A stretch of DNA of 64,000 nt from Mobula hypostoma (taxonomy: Eukaryota), in NCBI RefSeq assembly GCF_963921235.1, contig NC_086108.1:104968001-105032000 (forward strand), in the 5' to 3' direction. Both the position numbers and the translations under genes were made by a program. The notes beneath the pieces were generated by a model. That model did no database searches. It saw only the letters and a list, made by a program, of their open reading frames with translations, and was not told the DNA's origin. Shown here piece by piece: positions 1 to 11,500 of the stretch. Numbering within the stretch: the first letter of the stretch is position 1; each line of letters begins with the position of its first letter.

Positions 1-326
1 TTTTCAGACGACTCAGAGTTGGACGGTGGTCGGGCATGGCAGGGAGAGTTTTCTTCCTTCTCCCGTCTGCGTGAGATGTGGAACTTTTGAGAGACCTTGA
101 ACTTTTTTACTGTGCCATGGCCTGTTCTTCATCAAGTTATGGTATTGTTGCACTGTTGTAACAATATGTTATAATTATGTGGTTTTTGTTAGTTTTTCAG
201 TCTTGGTCTGTCCTGTGTTTCTGTGATATCACACCGGAGGAATATTGTATCATTTCTTAACGCATGCATTACTAAATGATAATAAAAGAGGACTGCGTGT
301 CCTCATAATCTAATCCAATCTAATCT
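1..326 (+). mobile_element. 3' half of a non-autonomous non-LTR element with (AATCT)n tail
   Basis: Matches the reverse complement of 57601-57905; ends AATAAAAG...ctcataatctaatccaatctaatct. A tail-only copy lies at ~2856-2880. Confidence 0.75.
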
Positions 327-696
327 GAAGATGCTGGAAATCAGGTAATGCACACAAAATGCTGGAGGAACTCCATGCCAGGTAGCATCTATGGAAAAGA
401 GTGAGCAGTCGCTGTTTGAGGGTGAAACTCCCTGAAGTGAGTGGGCTACAGCAGCAGAAGACCCAAATGTTCTCTCAATGGCCACTTTATTGGGTACAGG
501 AGGTACCTAATAAAGTGGCTACTGAGCGTATATTATATATTCCTTATTATAATTTATAGAATATTTTATGTATGTACTGTAACGTTGACATAAAACAACA
601 AATCTCACAACATACTGTATGTCAGTGATACTAACCCTGATCCTGGTTCTGGCTCTGATTCCCTTTGGAACTCTCTTCTGCATTGTTTCTCTTCAG

Positions 697-755
697 GGGA
701 AGCGTGGAATTTTACACTGCAGCAGGGGTTACACGACGAAGTTTGTTGAATGGAA
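697..755 (+). other. Candidate 59-nt internal exon of an unidentified host gene
   Basis: Acceptor ctctcttctgcattgtttctcttcAG (695-696) and donor AA|GTAAGA (756). Two open frames (GKRGILHCSRGYTTKFVEW or GSVEFYTAAGVTRRSLLNG); protein not recognised. Confidence 0.3.
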
Positions 756-920
756 GTAAGATGCTCAGAGGTTTTTAAGGAAGTACTTAAAAGTGGCTAA
801 ATATATCTGAAATAAAGGCAGCAGGTGCTGGAAGTACTCAGCAGGTCAAGCTGCATCGGCACCTAAATGAATCTCTGCCTTCCTTTCCTTTTGAACTAAC
901 AACAAGCAGCTAAGAGCCAT

Positions 921-1333
921 ATTAAATCCACAGCTGCAGACATTGCTAAAAAGTAGCTACTGCCCAGCAGAGTCTTTTGTGGACACTTTCTGGACTCTGA
1001 TAAGTAAAGCAAAAGGAAATATCCCTTGCTAATAGAAGCAGGCAATGGTTTTAAGCATTAACTCCACAGCAGCATACATTGCAAATAAAACATAGCTACT
1101 ACCCAGCCAAGTCTTTTGTGGACACTTTCTGGACTCTGATAAGTAAAGCAAAAGAAAATAACCATCATTAATAGAAGCAGGCAATGGTTTTAAGCATTAA
1201 ATCCACAACAGCACACATTGCAAATAAAACATAGGTACTGCCCAGCAGAGTCTTTTGTGGACATTTTCTGGACTCTGATAAGTAAAGGAAAAGGAAATAT
1301 CCCTTGTTAATAGAAGCAGGCAATGGTTTTAAG
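921..1333. repeat. Tandem repeat, 3 copies of a ~136-139 bp unit
   Basis: Units start at ~921, ~1057 and ~1196; each contains gtcttttgtggaca-tttctggactctgataagtaaag and taatagaagcaggcaatggttttaag. Confidence 0.9.
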
Positions 1334-2057
1334 AAGCTTAAGAACAGAACTTGAACTTGCATAGACCTTGCCACAGAGTAAAGAGCCAAAGGCACTTCTT
1401 CATAGAGCGTACAGCAAAGTAAAACTTGACTCCAAAATACATCATAGAATAGAGTGGGCAAATGCTTGGATAAAAATGTTGGTTATAAGATGCACGTTAA
1501 AGGAGACAGGTAGGGAGGTTCGGAGAATAACCTTTTGAAATTAAGGCATTATGGATGAGAACAATAAAGAGTCAATAGAGAGATGCATAATATATAGAAC
1601 TTCCGTACAACAGCATGCCATTAGTGAAGAAGACTTCTTTTCCAAATGATTCTTGCCTGAAGTCTTCCCATTTATTAAAGGTAGCTAGCACAACTATTGC
1701 ATGGGGTTCACGTTTCTGTTGCCCCACTTACCACACAGTAAGACGAATTTCATGGAGCCTGCAGCCAGTGATCAGCCCTGCGATCGGAGTTGGGGTGTGC
1801 AGCCACAGTTCTCCTGCTTTGAGGCGGCACCAGTTTCCTGACTAACTTCTTTCCTGCCTCTGAACTAAGGATCTGAGATCATCACATCCTGCATGGAGTC
1901 AGGAATCCCAACAATCAAAGGCCTTCATTTCTCTTCCCAGAAATTTTCGATAATAGTTATAATGTATGAACAAAAAAAAAGATCCATTAAAGGAAGAAAT
2001 AAATCAAACAAATATTTAAAGATAAGGTTAAAAATGAAATAAATCAAAATTTTCCAC

Positions 2058-2748
2058 AGGTGGTACTGCTCCCTGTGTGGCCCCTTCCACACTGGTGAGA
2101 ACAGACATAGATTGGGGGACTGCTTCATCGAGCACATTTGCTCCGTCCGCCACAACAGGCAGGTTTTCCCAGTGGCCACCTATTTTAATTTTACTTCCCA
2201 TTCTCGTCCTGACATGTCGAACCATGGCCTCCTCTTCTGCCACGTTGGAGGAGCAACACCTCATATTCTGCTTGGGGAGCCTCCAACTTGGTGATATGAA
2301 CATTGATTTCTCTAACTTCAGGTAATTTCTATTCCCCCCCCCACCAACTTCTCTTTTTCTATTCTCGATTCAGGCTCCCGTCTGATCTCTTCTCTTCTCT
2401 TCACCAGCCCATCACCTCCGTTTGCTGCCCCTCCTCCTTCCCTTTCTCCCATGGTCTATTTTCCTTTCCTATCAAATTCATTCTTCTTCAGCCTTTACCT
2501 TTTCCACTTATCACCTCACAGCTTCTCACTTAATCACCCCCTCCTCCACCTCCCACCTTCTACCTCAGCTGATCCACCTATCATCTGCCAGCCTGCTCTC
2601 CTTCCCCTCCCCCACTTTCTAATTCTGGTTCCTTCTCCCTTCCTTTCCAGCTCTGATGAAGGATCTCGGCTCAGAACATCGACAGTCTATTCTCCTTCCT
2701 AGTCGCTAGCTGATTGGCTGAGTTCCTCCAGCATTTTGTGTGTGTTTT
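2058..2748 (+). mobile_element. Penelope-like element remnant (GIY-YIG C-terminus, pyrimidine tract, pLTR end)
   Basis: Frames give LGDCFIEHICSVR..PVATYFN..SH and LEEQHLIFCLGSLQ..MNIDFSNFR. Degenerate hammerhead ctgatgaaggatctcggctcagaacatc at ~2653-2680. Confidence 0.8.
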
Positions 2749-4464
2749 ACTGAAGTTTGTATCCATAACCATGGACTAACTGAAGCAAATTAGTGTCAAA
2801 GATATATTGTTAGCAATGGCAATCCTAGATCAATATACACCACATATTGATTAAGTGTCCTCATAATCTAATCTAATCTATATCTTGATAAAAATGGCAA
2901 GTGTGTTTAAAGGATTCACAAAGAGATTCTGCAGATGTTGGAAATCCAGAGCAACACACACAAAATGCCAAAGGAACTCAGCTGGTCAGGCAGCACCTAT
3001 GGAGGGAAACAAGCAGTCAATGTTTTGGGCTGAGAACCTTCATTAGAACTGGTGATCCTTCCCTTTGCATTCACTGTGGTATAGCATGAAGACCTGTTTG
3101 TTCTAACCACTGTTGGGCTTGTCTCCCTTCATGTCACAATTATGGCAATGTATTGGTGGTGGTGGGGGAGTGTAGAGGGGTGGGTTAATGGGAGGAGATA
3201 TTGATCAAGCCTGACCCCTTCGGTAACAGTAAGCACAAGGGATTCTACAGATGCTGGAAATCCAGGTTAACCCACACAAAATGCTGGAATAACTCAGCAG
3301 ATCAGGGAACATCTATGGAAATGAATAAACAGTCAATGTTTTAGGCCAAGACTCATTATCAGGACTGAATTTGAAGGTGCTGTTAAAGAGTCTTTGCTCA
3401 AAACTTTGACTGTTTATTTCTCTCCATAGATCTGGGTGACCTTAAGAGGTGTAGTTCAAATGGATAGCCAGAGATAAATAATCACTAACTTAGTTGAAGT
3501 GACATTCAAATTCAAGTTCAAGTTTATTGTCATCTGAATGTATACAACCAAACGAAACAATATTCCTCCGGACCATAGTGCACGCAGAAAAGTTATATCA
3601 CATACAGAACATAAAACAAAACATCACCATCAATAAGTTAATAAAATATAATTCAAGATGTATGTTTTGACATCTTTTTTTTTGCAGCAGCTGTACAGGG
3701 CAAAGGCATAAAATCACTAGAAAAATACAACAATAAATAAATTGTGTGGAAAAAAGGAATAATGGGGTAGCGTTCATGGTTCATGGACCTTTCAGAGATC
3801 TGCTGGTGAAAAGGAAAAAGCTGTTGCTGGATCATTGATTGTGGATCTACAGGCTCCTGTATCTTTTCCCAGATGGTGGAAATGAGAAGAGGGCATGTCT
3901 CAGATAGCAAGAGTCTATCAATGATGGATTGTGCCTTCTTGAAGATGTCCTTGATGTTGCACAGGATTCTGCCCATGATGGGGTGGGCTGGAAGGTGTCC
4001 TTGATGTGGCGGATTGTTCTGCCCATGTTAGAGCTGGTTCTGCGGCCCCTTGCAATCCTCTGCATTGCAGTCTGTGAAGCACTCCAGTCACAATGGTTTC
4101 CGCCGTAGTTCTGTGGAAATTAGTAAGTCTGTGGTAACAGACTGAATCTCCTCAAGTCCTAACTCAGGTAGACATGTGGAGTAAGGAATAGTTTGTGTGT
4201 GAAGTTGATGAAGTGGGTGAAAGATCACCAACACGTAATGTCAGCTATTGCTCTTTCCACCGAAGCTGACCTGTTGACAGTCTCCAGTGCTTCCTGTTCT
4301 TAATTTCTAATTTCCGTAACCAGCAGTTCTTTTGCTTTTCCTGAAACACTCAGTTTCCATTTCTAAATATTTTAATGATTGCACATGCAGCATACAGCTC
4401 TCTAGAAACATGAACAAGCAATATATTTTCTTTAAGTGGATGAACGGATGTGCTGGCATGGGAG

Positions 4465-4960
4465 AGGGTCCAGAGGACGTTCACGAGAATGATACCAGGA
4501 GTGAAAGAGTTAACATATTAGGAGCATTTGATGACCCTGGTTCCGTACTCACTAGGTTTTAGAAGATTGAGGGTGGATCTCATTGAAACCTATTGAATAT
4601 TGAAAGTCCAGGATAGAGTGGACTTGGAGAGGATGTTTCCTATAGTGAGGGAGTCCAGGACCAGAGGGCAGAGCCTCAGAAATCAAGAACATCCCTTTAG
4701 AACAAAGATAGGGAAGAATTTCTTCAGCTGGAAGGTGGTGAATCTTTGGAATTCATTGACATAGACAGCTGTGGAGGCCAAGTCACTGTGTATGTTTAAA
4801 ATAGAGTTTGCTAGGTTCTTGATTCATCAGGGTGTCAATGGTTACTGGGAGAAGGCAGGAAATAGGGTTGGAACAGTTAATGAATCGGCCATGATGGAAT
4901 AGCAGAGCAGACATAATGGGCTGAATGGACGAATTCTTCTCCTGTGTCTTATGGTCTATG
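4465..4960 (+). mobile_element. Degenerate CR1 LINE 3' fragment
   Basis: Similar to the CR1 3' end (gatctcattgaaacctat..., gtggtgaatctttggaattc..., tcttatggtctatg tail). Similar fragments at ~10800-11020, 12150-12420, 25700-26010, 46290-46680 (plus) and 24130-24670, 62690-63290 (minus). Confidence 0.75.
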
Positions 4961-5114
4961 GTGCTAGGTCTTTGTTTAACTTTGAAGTCAAAGTTGGGGT
5001 TATTGTCACATGATCATCGGGGACACTACTCAGCCCAATTGTAAACTGTTTCAGCCGCTTCTGTCTGGCAAACGGTACCGCAGCATTAAAGCCACGACCA
5101 ACAGACTACAGGAC

Positions 5115-5246
5115 AACAGGAATTCTGCAGATGCTGGAAATTCAAGCAACACATATAAAAGTTGCTGGTGAACGCAGCAGGCCAGGCAGCATCTCTTTTC
5201 CTAGAGATGCTGCCTGGCCTGCTGCGTTCACCAGCAACTTTTATAT
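5115..5246. mobile_element. Inverted Penelope pLTR fragment pair (perfect hairpin) with 12-bp TSD
   Basis: Arms 5153-5196 and 5203-5246 are exact reverse complements; agactacaggac is duplicated at 5103-5114 and 5247-5258. Confidence 0.85.
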
Positions 5247-5898
5247 AGACTACAGGACTGCTTCTTTCTACAAGCCATTAGACTTTTAAATCTGCACTTT
5301 GCGATGGAGTCATAACGCAAAGATTTTTACTCCCTCGCTTTGTGGGACGGATGTAAGATTAAAGTAAATTCAGTTTAATTCAATTCAATGTGTGCATAGG
5401 TACAACAAAACATTATTTTCTGCAGCAACTTGACACACGACACGCACAAAAAACATCATTTAAACATAAATTATACACAATTATTACAAGTGGAAAAACA
5501 TGATTAGAGCATAGAGAAACAAATACAGGCAAATGGGATGAGATCAGATAGGTTGGCATGGACGAGTTGAACCAAAGAGTTTGTTTCAGTGGTGCATGAG
5601 TCTACGTGCAGGCAGATGGGGCTGGTTTGGAGTAGCACCAAGGTTAGCATGAAAATAGTGGGCCGAAGGGTCTGTTCTTGTGCTGAGTGTTCTTCTTCGT
5701 ACAGTCTATGTTATATGTCTGTCTGAGTGAGTACAGCAGATGTTCTTCTTGATGGAATCTTAAAGCAACCTGGTAGTTTTATGACTTCCTTTACAGTATA
5801 ACATGTTGTAACATGTCCCTGTGATGCTGCTGCAAGTAATTACATATATTTACATGGGCAGAGTGCTGATGAGGGGTCTCGGCCCAAAACATCAACTA

Positions 5899-6550
5899 CG
5901 AGGGGTGATTGATAAGTTAGTGGCCTAAGGTAGAAGGAGTCAATTTTAGAAAACCTAGCGCATTTATTTTTCAACATAGTCCCCTCCTACATTTACACAC
6001 TTAGTCCAGCAGTCGTGGAGCATACGGATCCCTTCTTTGTAGAAGTGGTCCACAGCAGGGGTGATTGATAAGTTCGTGGCCTAAGGTAGAAGGAGATCAG
6101 TTATTAACTTCAAACTTTCTGCATTATCACTCAAAGAGATGAACTGCATGTGCGTGTAACAAGAGCATCTTGGACCTCCAGGTGGTCCACAGCAGGGGTG
6201 ATTGATAAGTTCGTGGCCTAAGGTAGAAGGAGATGAGTTATACAGCTCTCGTTACATGCACATGCAGTTCAACTCTTTCAGTGAAAATGCAGAAAGTTTG
6301 AAGTTAATAACTCATCTCCTTCTACCTTAGGCCACTTCTGCAGGTCCAAGACACTGACTTCTATAAAGAAGGGGTCCATATGCTCCACGACTGCTGGACT
6401 AAGTGTGTAAATGTAGGAGGAGACTATGTTGAAAAATAAATGCTGGACAACAGCTGGACTAAATGTGCAAATATAGGAAAAATAAATGTGCTAAATTTTC
6501 TAAAATTGACTCCTTTTACATTAGGCCATGAACTTATCAATCACCCCTCG
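5899..6550. mobile_element. Mariner-type MITE with long TIRs and TA TSD
   Basis: TA|cgaggggtgattgataagtt ... aacttatcaatcacccctcg|TA. Outer arms complementary over ~150 bp (right arm interrupted by a short duplication); extra internal TIR copies at ~6057 and ~6195. Confidence 0.85.
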
Positions 6551-7037
6551 TACTTATTACACTCCATTGATGCTGCCTAGCCTGCTGAGTTCTTCCAGCA
6601 TTTTTGAGTGCGTTACTCTGCATTTCCATAATCTGTAGAATCCCTAGACCACTGGCCCAGCTCATTAGAGAGCAGCCCAATAACTGTGACCATTTGCCCT
6701 GTGTAATTTTACTTGCCTGCAATGGGTTATTATAATTTAATTTGCCAGGGTTTTCATCACTTCTCAAACCACACACCTTTCCAGCTCTCCTTGTCTTCCC
6801 CCACCTCCTTCACCCCCGTTCTTTCCAGCTCACTACTCACTGACTTCTCCATGGGGTATTGGTTTCCTGTCCCAGAGCAGTCTGGTGTCATATTTCTACC
6901 AGATAAATCAATGGGGCCGCGTTGGATGGGGAAGACCCTCAATTCCTGTAGTGGTGAATCATACTGGGGGTCATCATGGTCTGAGTCGACGTTCCCCTTA
7001 GGGGTTGGGGGGCACATGAGTGGCGACAGTCCCAATG

Positions 7038-8134
7038 CTTTTCTTTTTAAATCTTTTTATTGAATAAGTATACAAAAAGGTAAGCCATATAGGCACTAAT
7101 ACACTGTTAGAATATAATAAAATTACAGAAGATATTAATACAAAAAAAAACTACAAACAATGTAATTTAAACATAACGTACCAAGGTAACATAATAGTAT
7201 ACTAATTTTTATATATATATCAATAGAGAAAAGGAAAAAAAAACCCAAAAAAAACCCACTGTGCAACTAAACTAAAAGCAAAGCAAAGCAATGGGCTAAC
7301 TTGAAACCAAACAGAGTTAAAAAACTTAAAATCACATCCTCAATCCTGACCTCCATTAAAAACAGTAAAAAAAACAAGAAGGGTATATATTACATTAAAT
7401 GAAAATATTGAATAAAAGATCTCCAAGTCTGTTCAAATTTAAATGAGGAGTCATAAAGATTGCTTCTAATTTTCTCCAAATTCAAGCATAATATCGTCTG
7501 AGAAAACCAAAAAAAGGTAGTTGGAGCATTAAGCTCTTTCCAATGTTGTAAGATACATCTTTTCACCATTAAAGTAAGAAATGCAATCAATGTACGGGCT
7601 GAAGGGGAAAGATTACTGGAAATTTTAGGTAGTCCAAAGATAGCGGTAATAGGGTGAGGAGAGATATCTATATTCAATACCTTGGAGATAATATTAAAAA
7701 TGTCTCTCCAAAAAGTTTCCAGAGTAGGGCAAGACCAAAACATATGAGTTAAAGAGGCTATCTGCCCCGGACATCTATCACATGAAGGATTAATATGAGA
7801 ATAAAAGCGCGCTAACTTATCTTTGGACATATGTGCTCTATGAACAACTTTAAATTGAATTAGGGAATGTTTAGCACAGATAGAGGAAGTATTGACTAAT
7901 TGTAAAATCTGCCCCCAGTCATCCACGGAAATGATAAACCCCAATTCCTGTTCCCAATCTACCCTAATCTTATCAAATGGAGCTTTCCTAAGTTTCATAA
8001 TAATATTATAAATCATAGCCGATGCACCTTTCTGACATGGATTAAGGTTAATTATAGTATCTAAAGTGTATGTAGGGGGAAGCATTGGAAAGGAAGAAAG
8101 TATAGTACTTAGGAAATTTCTAACTTGTAGATAT
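7038..8134 (-). mobile_element. 5'-truncated L1-clade LINE (ORF2 C-terminus with CCHC zinc finger, 3'UTR, A-rich tail)
   Basis: ORF 7390-8214 contains CDRC..LTHMFWSC and QFKVVHR. A-rich tail at 7038-7060; TSD agtcccaatg at 7028-7037 and 8135-8144. Confidence 0.9.
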
Positions 8135-8519
8135 AGTCCCAATGGTTTTAAGGAATGCAATAGAACATTGCTTAAAACATTGACTATGAATACAGGAATG
8201 AAAAGGCATTGCATGGTTTATTCTTGTAAACACATTTTTACTAGGAATAAAGTTTATTTTGGTATAAAAATGGGCAGTGCGGCTTGTTGAGTCAGAAGGG
8301 TCTGTACCACACTGTATCACGAGATAAATAAATCAATAAAAGTAATCTACTTGATAAATTAGGGAACTGAGGCTTTGTGTAACATTAATGCAACCACGTA
8401 ATTGTTATTGTGACTGGCTTCAGAAGAGAAACAGTGGCGGGACCTATTGAAATGTGAAAACAATGACAGGAGGAGTTCAGTGCAGGGAATTATGAATTTA
8501 TACTCATGGTCTCAGATTG

Positions 8520-9210
8520 CAGGAGCAACACCTCATATTCCATCTGGGTAGCCTCCAGCCTGATGGTGCGAAGGTTGTTTCCTCAAACTTCCAGTAATCT
8601 TTCCCCAAACCTCCTCCCCAACTCTTTTTCCATTCCCCATTTTAGCTCCCCTCTTACTTCCCTTCCCATCACCTCTGGTGCCCCTCATCGTTCCCTTTCT
8701 CCTATGGTCCTCTCTCCTCATAAATCAGATTCCCTCTTTGAACCTATCCCCTTCCAGCTTCTCACTTCATTCCCCCTTCCCCACTCACCCACCTTCCCCC
8801 TCAACTGGCTTCAGCTATCACCTGCCAGCTTGTACTCTTTCCCCTTCCCCTTCCTACCTTCTTAACCTGGTTTATTAGCCATTTTCCCCCCTTCTCCCTT
8901 TCCCCCTCTCACTTCTTCCATTCACCATTCTGTGCCCCCCCCCCCACCTCTTCTCTTCTCCTAACATGTCTTTCACCTCCCTCTGCCTTCCCTTTCTCCT
9001 GTGGACCACCGACCTCTCCTATTAGATTCCTTCTACCCACCCTCCCCCATGGCTTCACCTATCACTTTCTAATTCGTGCTCCCTCCCCTGCACCTGGCTT
9101 CTGCCCCCTTTCCCTCCAGTCCTGCTGAAGGGTCTCAGCCCAAAACACTAACCGTACTCCTTTCCAGAGATTCTGCCTAGCCAGTTGAGTTCCTCCAGCA
9201 TTGCGTGTGT
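8520..9210 (+). mobile_element. Penelope-like remnant
   Basis: EQHLIFHLGSLQPDG motif, pyrimidine tract, and pLTR end with cagtcctgctgaagggtctcagcccaaaac at ~9118-9147. Confidence 0.75.
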
Positions 9211-9599
9211 GGCAGGGTTCCTTCACCACTCTGTGTGTGCTGATCTGTACCAACTATGTTATCTCTCTATTGTGACAGACATGCCCACATCAAGTTCTTG
9301 TAACGCACTTCAGCATTGCAGTACGCATCCATTAAGTCCCTGACTCTCTTTTTCATTCGATATGCTTGCAGCAACACAACAAAGGTATAACTGTGATATT
9401 TTTAGCTTCTATTGGAGTGAATGATAAAAAAATGACAGTGAGCTTCCTCTGCTGCTTGTAATCAGTATTTTACCAGAAATGTTTTGTTGGCTTCAGTAAG
9501 TAACACCCGAAAGATGTGATGTACAAATTCCCACTCACTCTGGCTAGAACTGCATTGTTCAAAGTTCAAAGTAAATTTATAATCAAAGTACCTATATGC

Positions 9600-9978
9600 C
9601 TGGGTGGAGGATGGAGACATGTCTCTACCAAAGGAGGTGTAAAGTGGTTCTTCCCTCCCGCTAGCTTGCAGATTACCCTTGGGCAGGGTATAGCACCTGC
9701 TTAGCCCCCCAAGCAAGGTCACGTGAAGCCATGGGAGCAGGTGGTGAATGGCCGTATGAGCAACTGGTGCATATCACGAGTCCTGGTTATGCGACCACTG
9801 ACACCAGGCAGTCAGTCTCTGAAAGGTATTGATAATGGCTGGAGTCACCCATTTTGTGAAGACACTGCCCAGAAGGCGACAATGGAAAACCACTTCTGTA
9901 GAAAAAATTGCCAAGATCAATCATGGCCATGGAACGACCATGATCACCTATGTCATATGACACATAATGATGATGACG
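9600..9978 (+). mobile_element. Non-autonomous element, probably RTE-derived (second copy ~18834-19200)
   Basis: Two collinear ~370-bp copies. Both carry an agaaggcaatggcaaaccac-like motif resembling RTE/BovB 5' sequence; this copy ends in (TGA)n. Confidence 0.6.
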
Positions 9979-11239
9979 ATCTTCCCTGATCTACAATTTC
10001 AATCCTGATGAAGAATGGTGACCCCAGCATCGACTGTCCATTTCCTAGCACAGATGCTGCCTGATCCTCTGAGTTCCTCCAGCTCTTTATGTGTTGCTGA
10101 AAGAGACTGACGTGTCAGTTGTCCTAAAGGAAACAAAGCGGACAAAATAAATCCAAAGACATGTCAGAGAAATGAGAAGATAATAGAATGCATCTAATCA
10201 GAAGTGGAAAAAAAATAAAGCTGCAGCAACAACAACTGAAATGCTGGAAGAGCTCAAGCAGTCAAGCAGCCTCTGAGAAAGAACCCATTACACAGACTGC
10301 TTCTTTCCAGGGTTTCTGTGTTTGTTATTAGCAGAAGTAGTTCACATCAGTTTTGAAGTATTAGATTATGGATAATCAATTGGTGGACTTCTTTGAGGAA
10401 CTAATTTAACCTTTTGATATTGGTTGCCTGGGGATAATGTGAAGACATTGTGCAGAGTGTGGGTGTCAATTATTCATCAACTCAAGCTTTAAATCTTGTT
10501 ATGACAGATAAAGACGCCAGCAGAAGGGACTGAGATTCAGAGTGGAATTCAGCAGTAAACATAATGACTGTGGGTTACCATTTGTTAATCTGGAAATAAA
10601 TTATTAATTTAGGAATTTTCTAGCCTTGTGTTGGCATCTCAATGTATTGCATGAATGGGATATATTTTTCTGAAGTGTTTTTGCTGAATACACAGTGGAT
10701 CCTATCCACCCTCTACACGTCCATAAAGTGGAGTTGATCCAAGGGATAGGATACAAGGAGAAGGCAGCAGAATGGGATTGAGAGAAGGAAGGGGACATGA
10801 GGGTGATGAATTTGTCAAGCTCATTGCCACAGACAGTTTTGGTGGTTAGGTCATTGGGTATTTTTAAAGCGGAGGTTGATTAGTCAGGGCGTCAAAGGTT
10901 ATGGGAAGAAGGCAGGAGAATGGGGTTGAGAGAGATAATAAATCAGCCAGAATGGAGTAGACTAGATGGGCCAAATGGCCTAATTTTGTTGTTTTATTTT
11001 ATGATCTTATTGTCTTATGATAAATGGGAGTATGTGCCTGATATGAAATTCATATCACAGAAACCAAGTTTGATTCAATCAATAATAAAGACTATGAAGG
11101 GAAAAAATCAATGCCAGACTGACTCAACAGCAGCACAGGTCACTTGCTTAAATATAATTTAATTCCGTTGTCTCCTCCAGGACTTTGCAATATCTGGATT
11201 CTCCATCATTTTATTTTCTCCCTTCCAGTTATACATGTA

Positions 11240-11500
11240 TTACAGCCAGGGGCGTCCGAGTTCGCAGTTCAGTTCTGATGCCGGCTGTGCGAAGCTTATG
11301 TGGTCTCCCTGTGAGCACGGGGGTTTCCTCCGGGTGCTCTGGTTTCCTCCCAAATCGCAAAGCCATACAGGTTGGTCGGTTAAGTGGTCATTGTAAATTG
11401 TCCCGTGATTAGGCTCGGGTTAAATAGGTGGATTGCTGGGCAGTGTGGCCCGGTGAACTGGAAGGACGTGTTCTTCATGGTATCTCCAAATAAGTAAATA
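11240..11500 (+). mobile_element. V-domain (HE1-like) tRNA SINE
   Basis: Core gggtttcctccgggtgctctggtttcctccca...ggtcattgtaaattgtcc. Other copies at ~17650-17880, 24830-25425, 36880-37770 (split), 52640-52910 and 52930-53170. Confidence 0.75.

Noticed and set aside
5899..6240. Regularly spaced ~40-bp direct repeats resembling a CRISPR array
   Set aside because: Eukaryotic context, spacers of ~100 bp or more, no cas genes; the repeats are mariner TIR copies.
6757..7035. 92-aa minus-strand ORF with a protein-like YDSP motif
   Set aside because: It runs through a SINE tail stub (~6974-6998) and starts in the L1 TSD; splice signals are weak and I recognise no homology.
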